DNA of 64,000 nt from Allomuricauda sp. (GCA_013911645.1 JACESV010000005.1:57677-121676), one strand, 5' to 3'; counted from the stretch's first letter, positions 1 to 9,529 are shown. Made by a program: numbers and translations. The notes: a model not told the origin generated them from the sequence alone.

Positions 1-174
1 TTGCTTCGGGAGTTTGAAATGAAAAAAGAAAACGACCTTAATTTTGCCAACAATTGGTACGCGCAATTGAATTGGATTTTTGAACGCTCTGTACATTTTG
101 AAGAAGCCTATCTCACCTACCCTATTTTCAGGATAGCAAAAAACAGCGGAGCCGCAGGTTTGTTAACTAATTAA
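1..174 (+). CDS. 3' end of a gene truncated by the window edge; possibly an M14-family metallopeptidase C-terminus
   Basis: Frame 1 is open from base 1 (LLREFEMKKENDLNFANNWYAQLNWIFERSVHFEEAYLTYPIFRIAKNSGAAGLLTN) to TAA at 172-174. It overlaps the convergent NUDIX stop. The product guess is from recalled Flavobacteriaceae gene context only. Confidence 0.5.
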   Translation: MLREFEMKKENDLNFANNWYAQLNWIFERSVHFEEAYLTYPIFRIAKNSGAAGLLTN

Positions 175-766
175 AAGGCCAATCATCGAACAATACCTTA
201 ATGTTATGGTAAGAGTTCTTTAATGCCTTTTTGGTCTTTTTGGCACCTTTCCACTTCACCTTTTTGATGCCTTCGGCTTTTTCGGCCACCAATTTTCCGG
301 TGTAATCGGTGGACATGATAAACCAGTGCGTCTGTTTCAATCTGTATTCCCCGTTCCTTTTAAATATATGGAACGTTGTATGAAGAAATCTTTCGATCAC
401 TAGATTTTTTACGCCGGTTTCCTCCTCTACCTCTCGAATTGCGGCATTTTCTATGGATTCCCCCTTGTCCACTTTTCCTTTGGGCAAATCCCACTTTCCG
501 TTTCTGTAAATAAAAAGAACCTTACCCTTTTTATTGATTACAAATCCACCGCCGGCAACCACTACCGGAATCTTGTGCATAAAAAGCTTCAGGATTTTTT
601 TGTCATCAGGGTGGTACAGATACGCCTTTTTCAACTTCTTTTTGGACAAAAGTCGAATCGCCTCAACAATAGAATCACCATCCAACGAGAACAAATTACC
701 ATTGGAATCCTGGGGGCGCTCGTTTGTTAAAATCAGTGGAGCCTCATTAACAAAAACTTCATACAT
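167..766 (-). CDS. NUDIX hydrolase
   Basis: Nudix box GKVDKGESIENAAIREVEEETGV, preceded by WDLPKG. Confidence 0.9.
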   Translation of the reverse strand: MYEVFVNEAPLILTNERPQDSNGNLFSLDGDSIVEAIRLLSKKKLKKAYLYHPDDKKILKLFMHKIPVVVAGGGFVINKKGKVLFIYRNGKWDLPKGKVDKGESIENAAIREVEEETGVKNLVIERFLHTTFHIFKRNGEYRLKQTHWFIMSTDYTGKLVAEKAEGIKKVKWKGAKKTKKALKNSYHNIKVLFDDWPFN

Positions 767-769
767 TTG
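762..769 (+). promoter_or_regulatory. Bacteroidota sigma70 -7 element (TACATTTG) for pyrE, probably giving a leaderless mRNA
   Basis: Exact TAnnTTTG match ending 5 nt before the pyrE ATG at 774; no -33 TTTG at canonical spacing. Confidence 0.55.
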
Positions 770-773
770 CGCA

Positions 774-1412
774 ATGGTTTTAGATAAACAAATCGCAAAA
801 AAAACAGCTGAGCTGTTATTACAAATTAATGCAATTAAGTTGGAACCTGAAAATCCTTTTACATGGGCTTCTGGTTGGAAATCGCCTATTTATTGCGATA
901 ATAGGATCATGCTCTCTTACCCCCAGGTGCGGAATTTTGTAAGGGAAGAAATAGCAAAACAGGTCGAGACGCTCTACGGCAAGCCCGATGTTATAGCCGG
1001 TGTGGCCACAGGAGCCATCGGGATCGGTATTTTGGTCGCAGAAGCTTTGGGACTTCCTTTTGTTTATGTAAGGCCAAAACCCAAAGAGCACGGTAGGCAA
1101 AATCAAATCGAAGGATATTTTGAACCCGGCCAAAGCGTTGTGGTCATCGAAGATTTGATAAGCACTGGAAACAGTAGTCTTAATGCCGTACAAGCCCTCA
1201 AGGAACAAAAGGCGGATATTAAGGGAATGATTGCCATTTTTACCTACGGTTTCCCGGTATCCACTGAAAATTTTGAAAAAGAAGGCGTGGAACTCCATAC
1301 CCTATCGGATTACGAAAACCTCATAGAGCAAGCCTCCGACACCAACTATATTCAAGAAACACAACTACAAACATTATTGGAGTGGAAATCCAATCCACAA
1401 GAATGGAAATAA
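774..1412 (+). CDS. pyrE: orotate phosphoribosyltransferase (true start ATG 774, not 534)
   Basis: FTWASGWKSPIYCDNR and the PRPP-binding motif VVVIEDLISTGNSS; the upstream extension is antisense to the NUDIX gene. Confidence 0.95.
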   Translation: MVLDKQIAKKTAELLLQINAIKLEPENPFTWASGWKSPIYCDNRIMLSYPQVRNFVREEIAKQVETLYGKPDVIAGVATGAIGIGILVAEALGLPFVYVRPKPKEHGRQNQIEGYFEPGQSVVVIEDLISTGNSSLNAVQALKEQKADIKGMIAIFTYGFPVSTENFEKEGVELHTLSDYENLIEQASDTNYIQETQLQTLLEWKSNPQEWK

Positions 1413-1421
1413 TATTTTACC

Positions 1422-1820
1422 ATGCATATTGAAGCCTCAAAAAAGAAAGTAGCGAAAAGCGACAAAGAAGTTTTTGAGTTCTTGACAGACATCAAAAACT
1501 TTGAAACGCTAATGCCCGACAATATTGACAAATTTGAAGTGTTAGACGAAAACACATTCAAATTCGCGTTAAAAGGCATGCCGGAGATTGTACTAAGGCT
1601 AAAGGAACAAAACCCACACGACAAAGTTGTGCTGGGCGCGGCAAGCGACAAACTACCTTTTACATTAACTGCGGACATTGAATCTTTAGGAGAAAATGAA
1701 AGCGAGGTGGCATTAAATTTTGAAGGAGAGTTCAATGCCATGATGGCCATGATGATCAAGGCGCCGATTACTAATTTTATGGGAACCCTGTCCAACAATC
1801 TGGACAAAATAGGTCAGTAA
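1422..1820 (+). CDS. SRPBCC/START-like (CoxG-like) protein
   Basis: 132 aa with pattern VFEFLTDIKNFETLMP; co-oriented 9 bp after pyrE. Confidence 0.7.
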   Translation: MHIEASKKKVAKSDKEVFEFLTDIKNFETLMPDNIDKFEVLDENTFKFALKGMPEIVLRLKEQNPHDKVVLGAASDKLPFTLTADIESLGENESEVALNFEGEFNAMMAMMIKAPITNFMGTLSNNLDKIGQ

Positions 1821-2557
1821 AGCAGGCTTACCTCTTTCAAATCAAATTCTTTAAATACCCTATCCTCCAATTCGAGCACCAATTTGCCCGAAGGGGACAC
1901 CCTGCGGATATACCCCATAAACATTTCATTATCTGCATTGGTAAAAGTTGATGGTTTATCCTTTTTGAAAAGTAATTTCTCGTAGGCCGGCAAAAGTTGA
2001 TTGACCGTTTTTGTTTCTATCCCCTGAAGATAAGACCTGATACGTTGCAAAATTTTATGAAGCAGCTCGTCTAGGTCAAAAGTTTGTCCCATTATTGATT
2101 TTAACGATGATGCTTTCTCCAACCCCAAAAAATCCGTTTGGTTCACATTCAGGCCAATTCCGATAATGGAATGGGCTACCTTATCACCTTTTAAGACATT
2201 TTCGATCAAAATACCGCAGATTTTTATGGAACCTGACATAATGTCGTTGGGCCACTTTACTTTAACATTGGGTACAAAAAGTTCGTTCAGGGTATCGCAA
2301 ACGGCCAAGGAAATTGCAATGTTCAAAACAAATTGGTGTTGCACGTTAAACGTATAAAAGTTTTTTAACACGCTAAAAGTGAGGTTTTTACCTCCGTCAG
2401 ATTGCCAAAAAGTTCCCATTTGCCCCCTTCCCTTAAGTTGCTTTTCCGCAACAACCACAGTGTAATCCATAGGATTTTCCGAACGTAACAAATCCTTTAA
2501 ATATGAATTCGTGGAGTCCGTGGCATTAAGTTTGAGTATTTGAAATTGTTTTCCCAA
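1814..2557 (-). CDS. birA: biotin--[acetyl-CoA-carboxylase] ligase (no N-terminal HTH)
   Basis: TDSTN, QLKGRGQMG, KWPNDI, KICGILIE and GIGLNVN motifs. Confidence 0.93.
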   Translation of the reverse strand: MGKQFQILKLNATDSTNSYLKDLLRSENPMDYTVVVAEKQLKGRGQMGTFWQSDGGKNLTFSVLKNFYTFNVQHQFVLNIAISLAVCDTLNELFVPNVKVKWPNDIMSGSIKICGILIENVLKGDKVAHSIIGIGLNVNQTDFLGLEKASSLKSIMGQTFDLDELLHKILQRIRSYLQGIETKTVNQLLPAYEKLLFKKDKPSTFTNADNEMFMGYIRRVSPSGKLVLELEDRVFKEFDLKEVSLLY

Positions 2558-2612
2558 TGTAATAAGCCTTTATGATTTGTTAAAAACTAGGGCTAAGAAA
2601 ACAAAAAAAACA

Positions 2613-2620
2613 TAACTTTG
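2613..2620 (+). promoter_or_regulatory. -7 promoter element (TAACTTTG) for the rsfS-ftsH operon
   Basis: TAnnTTTG match 19 nt upstream of the rsfS ATG. Confidence 0.55.
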
Positions 2621-2639
2621 TAAAAACTAAACTTTTTGA

Positions 2640-3017
2640 ATGCAGAAAACGAAAGCTAGCGCAGATGAATTGATTGCCTTGATCCTAGAAGGAATAGAAG
2701 ACGTTAAAGGAGTTGATATAAATCTACTGGACCTTAGGGAAATCGAAAATACAGTTTGCGACTACTTTATCATCTGTAACGGTACTTCCAACACACATGT
2801 AAACGCAATTGTTTCATCCATCCAAAAAAAGGTTAGCAAGGCCATACACGACAAGCCATGGCATGTTGAAGGCTCTGAAAACGCGGAATGGGTGCTGATG
2901 GACTATGTTAACGTTGTGGTACATGTATTTCAAAAACACATTAGGGAATTTTATGACATTGAGGGACTTTGGGGAGATGCCAAGGTCACTATGGTGGAAA
3001 GCAGTTACAATTCTTAA
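2640..3017 (+). CDS. rsfS: ribosome silencing factor RsfS (Iojap)
   Basis: DYFIICNGTSNTHV and WVLMDYVNVVVHVF...REFYDIEGLW motifs. Confidence 0.95.
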   Translation: MQKTKASADELIALILEGIEDVKGVDINLLDLREIENTVCDYFIICNGTSNTHVNAIVSSIQKKVSKAIHDKPWHVEGSENAEWVLMDYVNVVVHVFQKHIREFYDIEGLWGDAKVTMVESSYNS

Positions 3018-3023
3018 GAAAAA

Positions 3024-4976
3024 ATGGCAAAAGAAAACAACCCGAACAATAACACTCCGAAAAAACCACGTTTTAGCTCGTGGTGGATATATGGTGTGGT
3101 AATCGCCTTGATCATTGGCTTCCAATTTTTTGGTGGAAGCAGTTTATCAAGCACAGAAAAAACCACAACCTCCGAATTACAGGAATTTTTGCGCAATGGT
3201 GATATTTCCAAAATCGTCATCATTACAAATACACGTCAAGCCAAGGTATTCCTTACCGAGGAAGCACTTAACAAAGATGTACATAAAGGCGTGGCCGAAA
3301 AGCCCTTGTTCCCTTCAACAGGATTGGTACCCCAATATGTGTTGGATTATGGAGATCTGCAGATCTTCCAAAACGAAATCACGGAAATCAAAAAAGAGAA
3401 CAATCTCGACACCATTGTTGAGTTTGATACGGAATCCAACGTAATTGGCGAAATATTCTTGACCCTGCTTCCATTTGCCCTTATTATCGGTATTTGGATC
3501 TATCTGATGCGCAGAATGTCCGGAGGCGCAGGTGGAGGCGCAGGCGGACAAATTTTCAATATTGGAAAATCCAAGGCCAAATTGTTTGATGAAAAAACAG
3601 ACACCCGCACCTCTTTTAAAGATGTGGCAGGTCTCGAAGGAGCCAAAGAAGAAGTACAGGAAATTGTAGAATTCCTTAAAAATCCTGACAAATACACTTC
3701 ATTAGGTGGTAAAATACCAAAGGGTGCCTTATTGGTAGGTCCACCCGGAACCGGTAAAACATTATTGGCAAAAGCCGTGGCAGGTGAAGCCAAAGTACCT
3801 TTCTTCTCGCTATCAGGCTCCGATTTTGTTGAAATGTTCGTAGGCGTTGGGGCATCAAGAGTGCGCGATTTGTTCAAACAAGCAAAGGACAAATCCCCAG
3901 CCATTATTTTTATTGATGAGATTGATGCCATTGGACGTGCAAGAGGCAAGAACAACTTTACAGGTTCCAATGATGAACGTGAAAACACCCTGAACCAGTT
4001 ATTGACCGAGATGGATGGTTTTGGCACCAACACCAACGTGATCGTGCTTGCCGCTACCAACCGTGCCGATGTACTGGATAAGGCATTGATGCGTGCAGGA
4101 CGTTTTGACCGTCAAATTTATGTTGACCTGCCCGACCTGAACGAAAGAAAAGAAATTTTTGAAGTACACCTTCGCCCCATTAAGACCGCTGAAACTTTGG
4201 ATTTGGACTTTTTGGCCAAACAAACCCCTGGTTTCTCGGGAGCCGATATTGCCAACGTTTGCAACGAAGCTGCCCTTATCGCAGCCCGTAAAGAGAAAAA
4301 AGCAGTGACCAAACAAGATTTCTTGGATGCTGTGGATAGAATTGTTGGAGGCCTGGAAAAGAAAAACAAAATTATCACCCCAGAGGAAAAGAAAACCATT
4401 GCATACCACGAAGCTGGACACGCAACGGTAAGCTGGATGTTGGAACACGCTGCACCTTTGGTGAAAGTTACCATTGTTCCCCGCGGACAATCCTTGGGAG
4501 CTGCATGGTATTTACCCGAAGAACGTTTAATTGTACGTCCAGAGCAAATGTTGGACGAAATGTGCGCCACTATGGGTGGCAGGGCAGCAGAAAAGGTAAT
4601 GTTCGATAAAATATCCACAGGTGCGTTGAGCGATTTGGAAAAAGTAACCAAACAAGCCCGCGCCATGGTAACCATTTATGGGCTAAATGATCAATTGGGC
4701 AATATTACCTATTATGACTCATCTGGACAGAACGAATATGGATTTACCAAACCATATAGTGAGCAGACTGCTCAAAAAATTGATCAGGAAATTTCCAAAA
4801 TGATCGAAGAGCAATATCAAAGGGCCATCAAATTGTTGGCAGACAACAAGGACAAACTCACCGAACTTGCTGAAAGACTTTTGGACAAAGAAGTTATTTT
4901 TAAAGACGATCTGGAAAAAATATTTGGTAGGAGACCTTTTGAAAAAGAGGAAGAAAAACTTGAACCCGCAGAATAA
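3024..4976 (+). CDS. ftsH: ATP-dependent zinc metalloprotease FtsH
   Basis: Two TM segments, Walker A GPPGTGKT, Walker B IIFIDEID, SRH motif and HEAGH zinc motif. Confidence 0.98.
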   Translation: MAKENNPNNNTPKKPRFSSWWIYGVVIALIIGFQFFGGSSLSSTEKTTTSELQEFLRNGDISKIVIITNTRQAKVFLTEEALNKDVHKGVAEKPLFPSTGLVPQYVLDYGDLQIFQNEITEIKKENNLDTIVEFDTESNVIGEIFLTLLPFALIIGIWIYLMRRMSGGAGGGAGGQIFNIGKSKAKLFDEKTDTRTSFKDVAGLEGAKEEVQEIVEFLKNPDKYTSLGGKIPKGALLVGPPGTGKTLLAKAVAGEAKVPFFSLSGSDFVEMFVGVGASRVRDLFKQAKDKSPAIIFIDEIDAIGRARGKNNFTGSNDERENTLNQLLTEMDGFGTNTNVIVLAATNRADVLDKALMRAGRFDRQIYVDLPDLNERKEIFEVHLRPIKTAETLDLDFLAKQTPGFSGADIANVCNEAALIAARKEKKAVTKQDFLDAVDRIVGGLEKKNKIITPEEKKTIAYHEAGHATVSWMLEHAAPLVKVTIVPRGQSLGAAWYLPEERLIVRPEQMLDEMCATMGGRAAEKVMFDKISTGALSDLEKVTKQARAMVTIYGLNDQLGNITYYDSSGQNEYGFTKPYSEQTAQKIDQEISKMIEEQYQRAIKLLADNKDKLTELAERLLDKEVIFKDDLEKIFGRRPFEKEEEKLEPAE

Positions 4977-5044
4977 ACCGTTGATATATAAAGTTTAATC
5001 AAAAGAATTATATTGATTCAGTAGCAAAGAACACAATGCCATAA

Positions 5045-5653
5045 ATGGGAGTTTTTAAAAAACTTTTCGGAGGAGGAAAAAAGGTTTCCAAGGAAACTGC
5101 GGAAACCCGTGGCGACCACATGCCCGATTTAAAAATTCCCGTAGATGAGAAATTTACCATCTACTTTAAAAAAAATGGTGGAAAGTTTATTTACTGTGAA
5201 GACTTTGCCGAAATATCCGAAGCTCTCAAAAACATTGTTTCCGAGAACGATTGGCAAAACCATCTTTTCTATTCCATGGATCCAAGATTGGAAACCCGTT
5301 TTGCTTCAGAAAATATAGATTTTACGAACAACCGTAACGAAAGTGAGATTTTCTTCACCACCTGTGAACACCTTGTTGCCCACAATGGTTCCATTTTGGT
5401 ATGCTCTAATCAAATCAAGGAAAAAAAATTAAATGAACTCCCTTCCAATTTGGTGGTGTTCGCCACTACCAGTCAATTGGTGGATTCCATAAGCGAAGCA
5501 CTCAAAATAATTAAAGAACGTTATCAAAATAATATTCCCAATAACATTACCACATTAAAGCACTTTCAAGCTACCGAGGAAAACAAAGATGACTTCCTTT
5601 CCTACGGAAGTGCCTCAAAAAATGTATATCTTTTACTCCTAGAAGATTTCTAA
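5045..5653 (+). CDS. LUD-domain (lactate utilization B/C-like) protein
   Basis: FTTCEHLVAHNGSILV...LPSNLVVFATTSQLV resembles the LUD domain; usual position after ftsH in Bacteroidota. Confidence 0.7.
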   Translation: MGVFKKLFGGGKKVSKETAETRGDHMPDLKIPVDEKFTIYFKKNGGKFIYCEDFAEISEALKNIVSENDWQNHLFYSMDPRLETRFASENIDFTNNRNESEIFFTTCEHLVAHNGSILVCSNQIKEKKLNELPSNLVVFATTSQLVDSISEALKIIKERYQNNIPNNITTLKHFQATEENKDDFLSYGSASKNVYLLLLEDF

Positions 5654-5657
5654 ATAC

Positions 5658-6461
5658 ATGAAAGAAATTTTAAGACGCTCCATAACAGGGGTGATTTATG
5701 TGGTACTTCTGCTAGGCGCGGTATTTTTAAGTTCGGACGCTTTCGACTTTCTTTTTATGGCATTTGGCTTGGCCTGCCTTTATGAATACAAGCGTATAGT
5801 TCGCCTTAAGGGATATTATATGTTTGCAGCCTATTTGGCACTTTGGTGGGTTTTCATCTACCTGACCAACGATAGCACAGCAGTAAACTTGTTGATGCTT
5901 TGCACCATAGCAGTGGACCTAGCACTGTTAATGTTCCTGTTTTCAAAAAAACCGAAAAAATTCAATAACCTTCAAAAATTCATCATCGGCCTTTTTTACA
6001 TTGGTGGCGGATGTATTTTTTTGACCATGATACCGTATAAACATGATGAGTTTGCCCAATTTTTGATTATGGGGATCTTTATTTTAATATGGGTAAACGA
6101 CACATTTGCCTATTTGGTCGGAAGAACTTTGGGCCGTTCAAAATTATTTCCAGCAGTTTCACCCAAAAAAACTATTGAAGGTTCTGCAGGAGGTCTTATT
6201 TTTGCATTGGTGGCCGCTTACTTTTTATCCTGGTACGAAACAAGGCTTTCTGTAACAGAGTGGATGGCAATGGCCTGTTTAATAGTGGTCGCAGGGAGTT
6301 TGGGCGATTTATTGGAGTCAAAATTCAAACGAATGGCCGGGGTAAAGGATAGCGGAGCTATTTTACCCGGGCATGGCGGAATTTGGGACCGACTGGATAG
6401 CTTGGTGTTCGCTGCGCCTTTTGCTTATTTGATTTTAACTATATTCTCCTATGTTTCATAA
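5658..6461 (+). CDS. cdsA: phosphatidate cytidylyltransferase
   Basis: Multi-TM protein with SPKKTIEG and GDLLESKFKRMAGVKDSGAILPGHGGIWDRLDS signature. Confidence 0.95.
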   Translation: MKEILRRSITGVIYVVLLLGAVFLSSDAFDFLFMAFGLACLYEYKRIVRLKGYYMFAAYLALWWVFIYLTNDSTAVNLLMLCTIAVDLALLMFLFSKKPKKFNNLQKFIIGLFYIGGGCIFLTMIPYKHDEFAQFLIMGIFILIWVNDTFAYLVGRTLGRSKLFPAVSPKKTIEGSAGGLIFALVAAYFLSWYETRLSVTEWMAMACLIVVAGSLGDLLESKFKRMAGVKDSGAILPGHGGIWDRLDSLVFAAPFAYLILTIFSYVS

Positions 6462-7116
6462 AGAGGGGCAAAAAATTATTATCGCCACTTTTTTTCTAGT
6501 GGTAGCTGCCGTATTGGTCGCACAGTATTATATTGATGTGGAATGGATTCGTTTTGCCGTTCAAATAGCCGCATTGTTTTTTTTGATTGCAATTCTGCAG
6601 TTTTTTAGAAACCCAAAAAGATTGGTCACGCCCAATTTTGATGAAATTCTGGCCCCCGTTGATGGTAAGGTCGTTGTTATCGAAGAAGTTGATGAGCCCG
6701 AATACTTTAAAGAAAAAAGAAAACAGGTATCCATATTCATGTCGCCTACCAATGTACATGTAACCCGATACCCCGCCAGTGGCACGGTGACCTATTCCAA
6801 ATACCATCCTGGAAAATATTTGGTGGCTTGGCACCCAAAGTCCAGTACCGAAAACGAACGTACCACCATAATACTCCACACACCAAAGTTTGGTGAAATA
6901 GGATACAGGCAGATCGCCGGTGCCATGGCCCGTAGAATTGTAAACTATGCCGAAGAAGGTGAACAAGTAACACAAGGGGACGATGCCGGTTTTATCAAAT
7001 TTGGCTCCCGTGTAGACCTCTTATTGCCGCTTGACTGTGACATTACCGTTAAATTGAACCAAAAAGTAGTTGGGGCACGCACCTGTATTGCCTCTATAAG
7101 ACCGTTGGATGATTAA
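6451..7116 (+). CDS. psd: phosphatidylserine decarboxylase proenzyme
   Basis: FFRNP, APVDGKV, IFMSPTNVH and self-cleavage motif KFGSRVD. Confidence 0.93.
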   Translation: MFHKEGQKIIIATFFLVVAAVLVAQYYIDVEWIRFAVQIAALFFLIAILQFFRNPKRLVTPNFDEILAPVDGKVVVIEEVDEPEYFKEKRKQVSIFMSPTNVHVTRYPASGTVTYSKYHPGKYLVAWHPKSSTENERTTIILHTPKFGEIGYRQIAGAMARRIVNYAEEGEQVTQGDDAGFIKFGSRVDLLLPLDCDITVKLNQKVVGARTCIASIRPLDD

Positions 7117-7372
7117 CGAAGACCTACACAAAAGATTTAACGATGCCGTTGACTTTGTCAACGACTACACCGATCCGTTGCCCGCGGATCTTCTGCTAAA
7201 ACTCTATGCCTATTTCAAGATAGCGAACAAAAACTTTGACAATCCTGGCAGTAGAACCCCATTGATCAACGCTTTTAAGGCAAACGCATTGTTCCAAGCC
7301 AAAAGAATTAGTGTGGAGGAGGCCATGGAAAAATATGTGGAATTGGTGGAGAAAGAGCTAAAAACACTCTAA
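7109..7372 (+). CDS. acyl-CoA-binding protein (ACBP)
   Basis: 87 aa with LLKLYAYFKIA and AFKANA...EEAMEKYVELV, typical of the ACBP fold. Confidence 0.85.
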   Translation: MINEDLHKRFNDAVDFVNDYTDPLPADLLLKLYAYFKIANKNFDNPGSRTPLINAFKANALFQAKRISVEEAMEKYVELVEKELKTL

Positions 7373-8643
7373 GAAGCCAAATCTGTAGCAATAAACGACT
7401 TCTCAAAGTAGGTAAAGTAGATACCTCCAAAAATGGTGATCAAAAAATAAAAAGCTACAAGATAACTTCCCATGGAAAAGTACGCATTGATTCCGAACCA
7501 GTCCTCAGTAAAATAAATCAACACCAATCCCCCTACCCCTCTGATCACTTCAATCCAAACGGCATAATTTTTACCGTCCATTAAGGTGGTGTAGCCATAG
7601 ATACCCACAAAAATAAAAGCACCGAACAACAAGAGACCATCAAAACCAATATCCGAATAGTTGTAGAACATAAAAAGCATTAAAATAGTGGTAATGGCCA
7701 GTTGAAAAAGTGAATATCCCTTGAGCCGAGCGGATGCTTCGGGTCGATATTTTCTGAAATTGTACACATTCTGGATAATGGCAACAGGATATTTATCCTC
7801 TACATCCTTAGGCCGCCAGCCTGTGGGCATAAACCAAATGCGAAATTTATCCCAATAGTTTTTGGTTCGCCATGCATCCTGCATCAACCGCCATAAATGT
7901 TGAAAATTGATGATAATGGGATTCCAAGTGTTTGCCGGTTTCAATACCCCGTATTGCGGGGGCACTTCATCCAATTCCTCTTGAAAAGTCCCGAACATTC
8001 TGTCCCAAACACAAAAAATCTGTCCGAGGTTTTTATCAATATACTCTTTATTGATGGCATGGTGCACCCGGTGTTGTGAGGGAGTAACGATCACATATTC
8101 CAAAAAACCCATTTTTCCGATATGCTGGGTGTGGTACCAAAATTGGGCAAAAAGATGGATGGGAGCCAAAATGGCAATCACTTGGTCCGGAACACCCAAG
8201 AGGGCAGCAGGAATCAATAAAAGTGCATAATAGCCCAACAAATTGGAAATAGGTTGACGAAGCGCACAGGCCAAATTAAACTCCTCACTGCTATGATGAA
8301 TTACATGCTGGTTCCAAAAAAAGTTAATGTGATGGCTCAACCTATGGTTCCAATAGCCTGCAAAATCCAACGCAATAAAAGCCACCACCCAAACCAACCA
8401 GGTCGCTTTGATTTCCACCAAAGCCAAATGTTCCAATAAAAAGGGATAACTCACCAGAATAATTACAAGCCCCAAAGAATCTTTAACCACATTGGTCAAA
8501 CCCGAGCTAAGGCTGCTCACGGTATCCATTAGATTATGTTTCTGGTCTTTTACAAATCGACCATAAAGTATTTCAAAAAGCACCAGGCCTATAAAAAACG
8601 GTGTGGCATATAACAATGCCGTTGCATACGATTCCATTTCCAA
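7369..8643 (-). CDS. alkylglycerol monooxygenase-like membrane di-iron hydroxylase (sterol desaturase family)
   Basis: His boxes YWNHRLSHH, HVIHHSSEEFNL and HRVHHA, plus IDKNLG...WDRMFGTF; C-terminal TM extension. Confidence 0.8.
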   Translation of the reverse strand: MEMESYATALLYATPFFIGLVLFEILYGRFVKDQKHNLMDTVSSLSSGLTNVVKDSLGLVIILVSYPFLLEHLALVEIKATWLVWVVAFIALDFAGYWNHRLSHHINFFWNQHVIHHSSEEFNLACALRQPISNLLGYYALLLIPAALLGVPDQVIAILAPIHLFAQFWYHTQHIGKMGFLEYVIVTPSQHRVHHAINKEYIDKNLGQIFCVWDRMFGTFQEELDEVPPQYGVLKPANTWNPIIINFQHLWRLMQDAWRTKNYWDKFRIWFMPTGWRPKDVEDKYPVAIIQNVYNFRKYRPEASARLKGYSLFQLAITTILMLFMFYNYSDIGFDGLLLFGAFIFVGIYGYTTLMDGKNYAVWIEVIRGVGGLVLIYFTEDWFGINAYFSMGSYLVAFYFLITIFGGIYFTYFEKSFIATDLAS

Positions 8644-8689
8644 AAATTAAACTTTGCTCGATGCAAGAATGGGATTATATGCCTTTAAG

Positions 8690-9529
8690 TTACTCTAAAT
8701 TTTTAAATAATTGAATATCGTTGGCATCCGTTAAATCTGGAATGTGTTCGGAGCGGGGTATACAAAGTACGCTCTGCGGTTCTTCACTTACCAAAACGGC
8801 CACCGCTTTGGGCAATTCCTTTTCATCCCGAACAGGATCAATGGGACATTTTTTTAAATAGGGATATATTTCCGCTCCAGAAAAACTAAAAATGTTCATG
8901 CTTACCCGAAGTTCGCCTGAAGCATCTTTATATTTGGGTACATCCGCTACATTCGGTTTTTCGATAATTTCCTTCAAAAATCCATCAGAAGAAATGTCCA
9001 TTACGGCAAATTTGGCAATGCGCTCTTCGGTATAATCAAAACCTGAGCTGCCGTAACTGATCAAGGCGTGTGGTGCTGTCCGCTCCGCCCTCAAATCCAT
9101 CAAAGCGCCAACAGAGTAAAGGTTATCCCCATTACAAACGGTGAAGGTGGTCTGTTTCAAATCTGGGTGTTGGTCCAAACATTGTTGAAGGGCGTCTGCG
9201 GTACCCAATGGTTTTTTTCTTCCCTCGGGCACACTTTGCACTGCCAAAAACACTTCCAACCCGTCAGGAAGATCCTTATTATCAATCAAACTTTGAAATG
9301 CTTGGTTCCCGGGACTAGTAATCAAATACAGTTTGGCGTAACCTGCTTCCACTGCATTCTGTACCAAGTAGTACAAGAAGGGCCTTCCATTTTTCCCTAC
9401 GGGAATCAAACTTTTATGGGGGATATTGTCCATGATCCCTTTTTGACACTCCTTAGTTTTTAAACTCCGCTTCATTCGGGAAGACGCCCCTCCCACCATA
9501 ATGATCAAACTCGTATTCTCCATTTGCAT
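8690..9529 (-). CDS. sugar-1-phosphate nucleotidyltransferase (NTP_transferase family)
   Basis: IIMVGGASSRMK, KSLIPV, PLGTADA and VCNGDNLY motifs; start overlaps the kinase stop. Confidence 0.8.
   Translation of the reverse strand: MQMENTSLIIMVGGASSRMKRSLKTKECQKGIMDNIPHKSLIPVGKNGRPFLYYLVQNAVEAGYAKLYLITSPGNQAFQSLIDNKDLPDGLEVFLAVQSVPEGRKKPLGTADALQQCLDQHPDLKQTTFTVCNGDNLYSVGALMDLRAERTAPHALISYGSSGFDYTEERIAKFAVMDISSDGFLKEIIEKPNVADVPKYKDASGELRVSMNIFSFSGAEIYPYLKKCPIDPVRDEKELPKAVAVLVSEEPQSVLCIPRSEHIPDLTDANDIQLFKNLE

Noticed and set aside
534-773. N-terminal extensions in the ORF track (pyrE 534, DUF1573 14973, 20749, lpxK 26849, orphan 30986, gltA 32945, rplX 45754, rpmC 46571)
   Set aside because: They overlap neighbouring genes or promoter elements; downstream ATGs give family-typical N-termini.
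3115-4675. Long alternative-frame/antisense ORFs within ftsH (and similarly in valS, GH109, eno, lipA, fusA and susC)
   Set aside because: They are shadow ORFs of strongly coding genes, with no motifs and biased Ser/Phe-rich composition.
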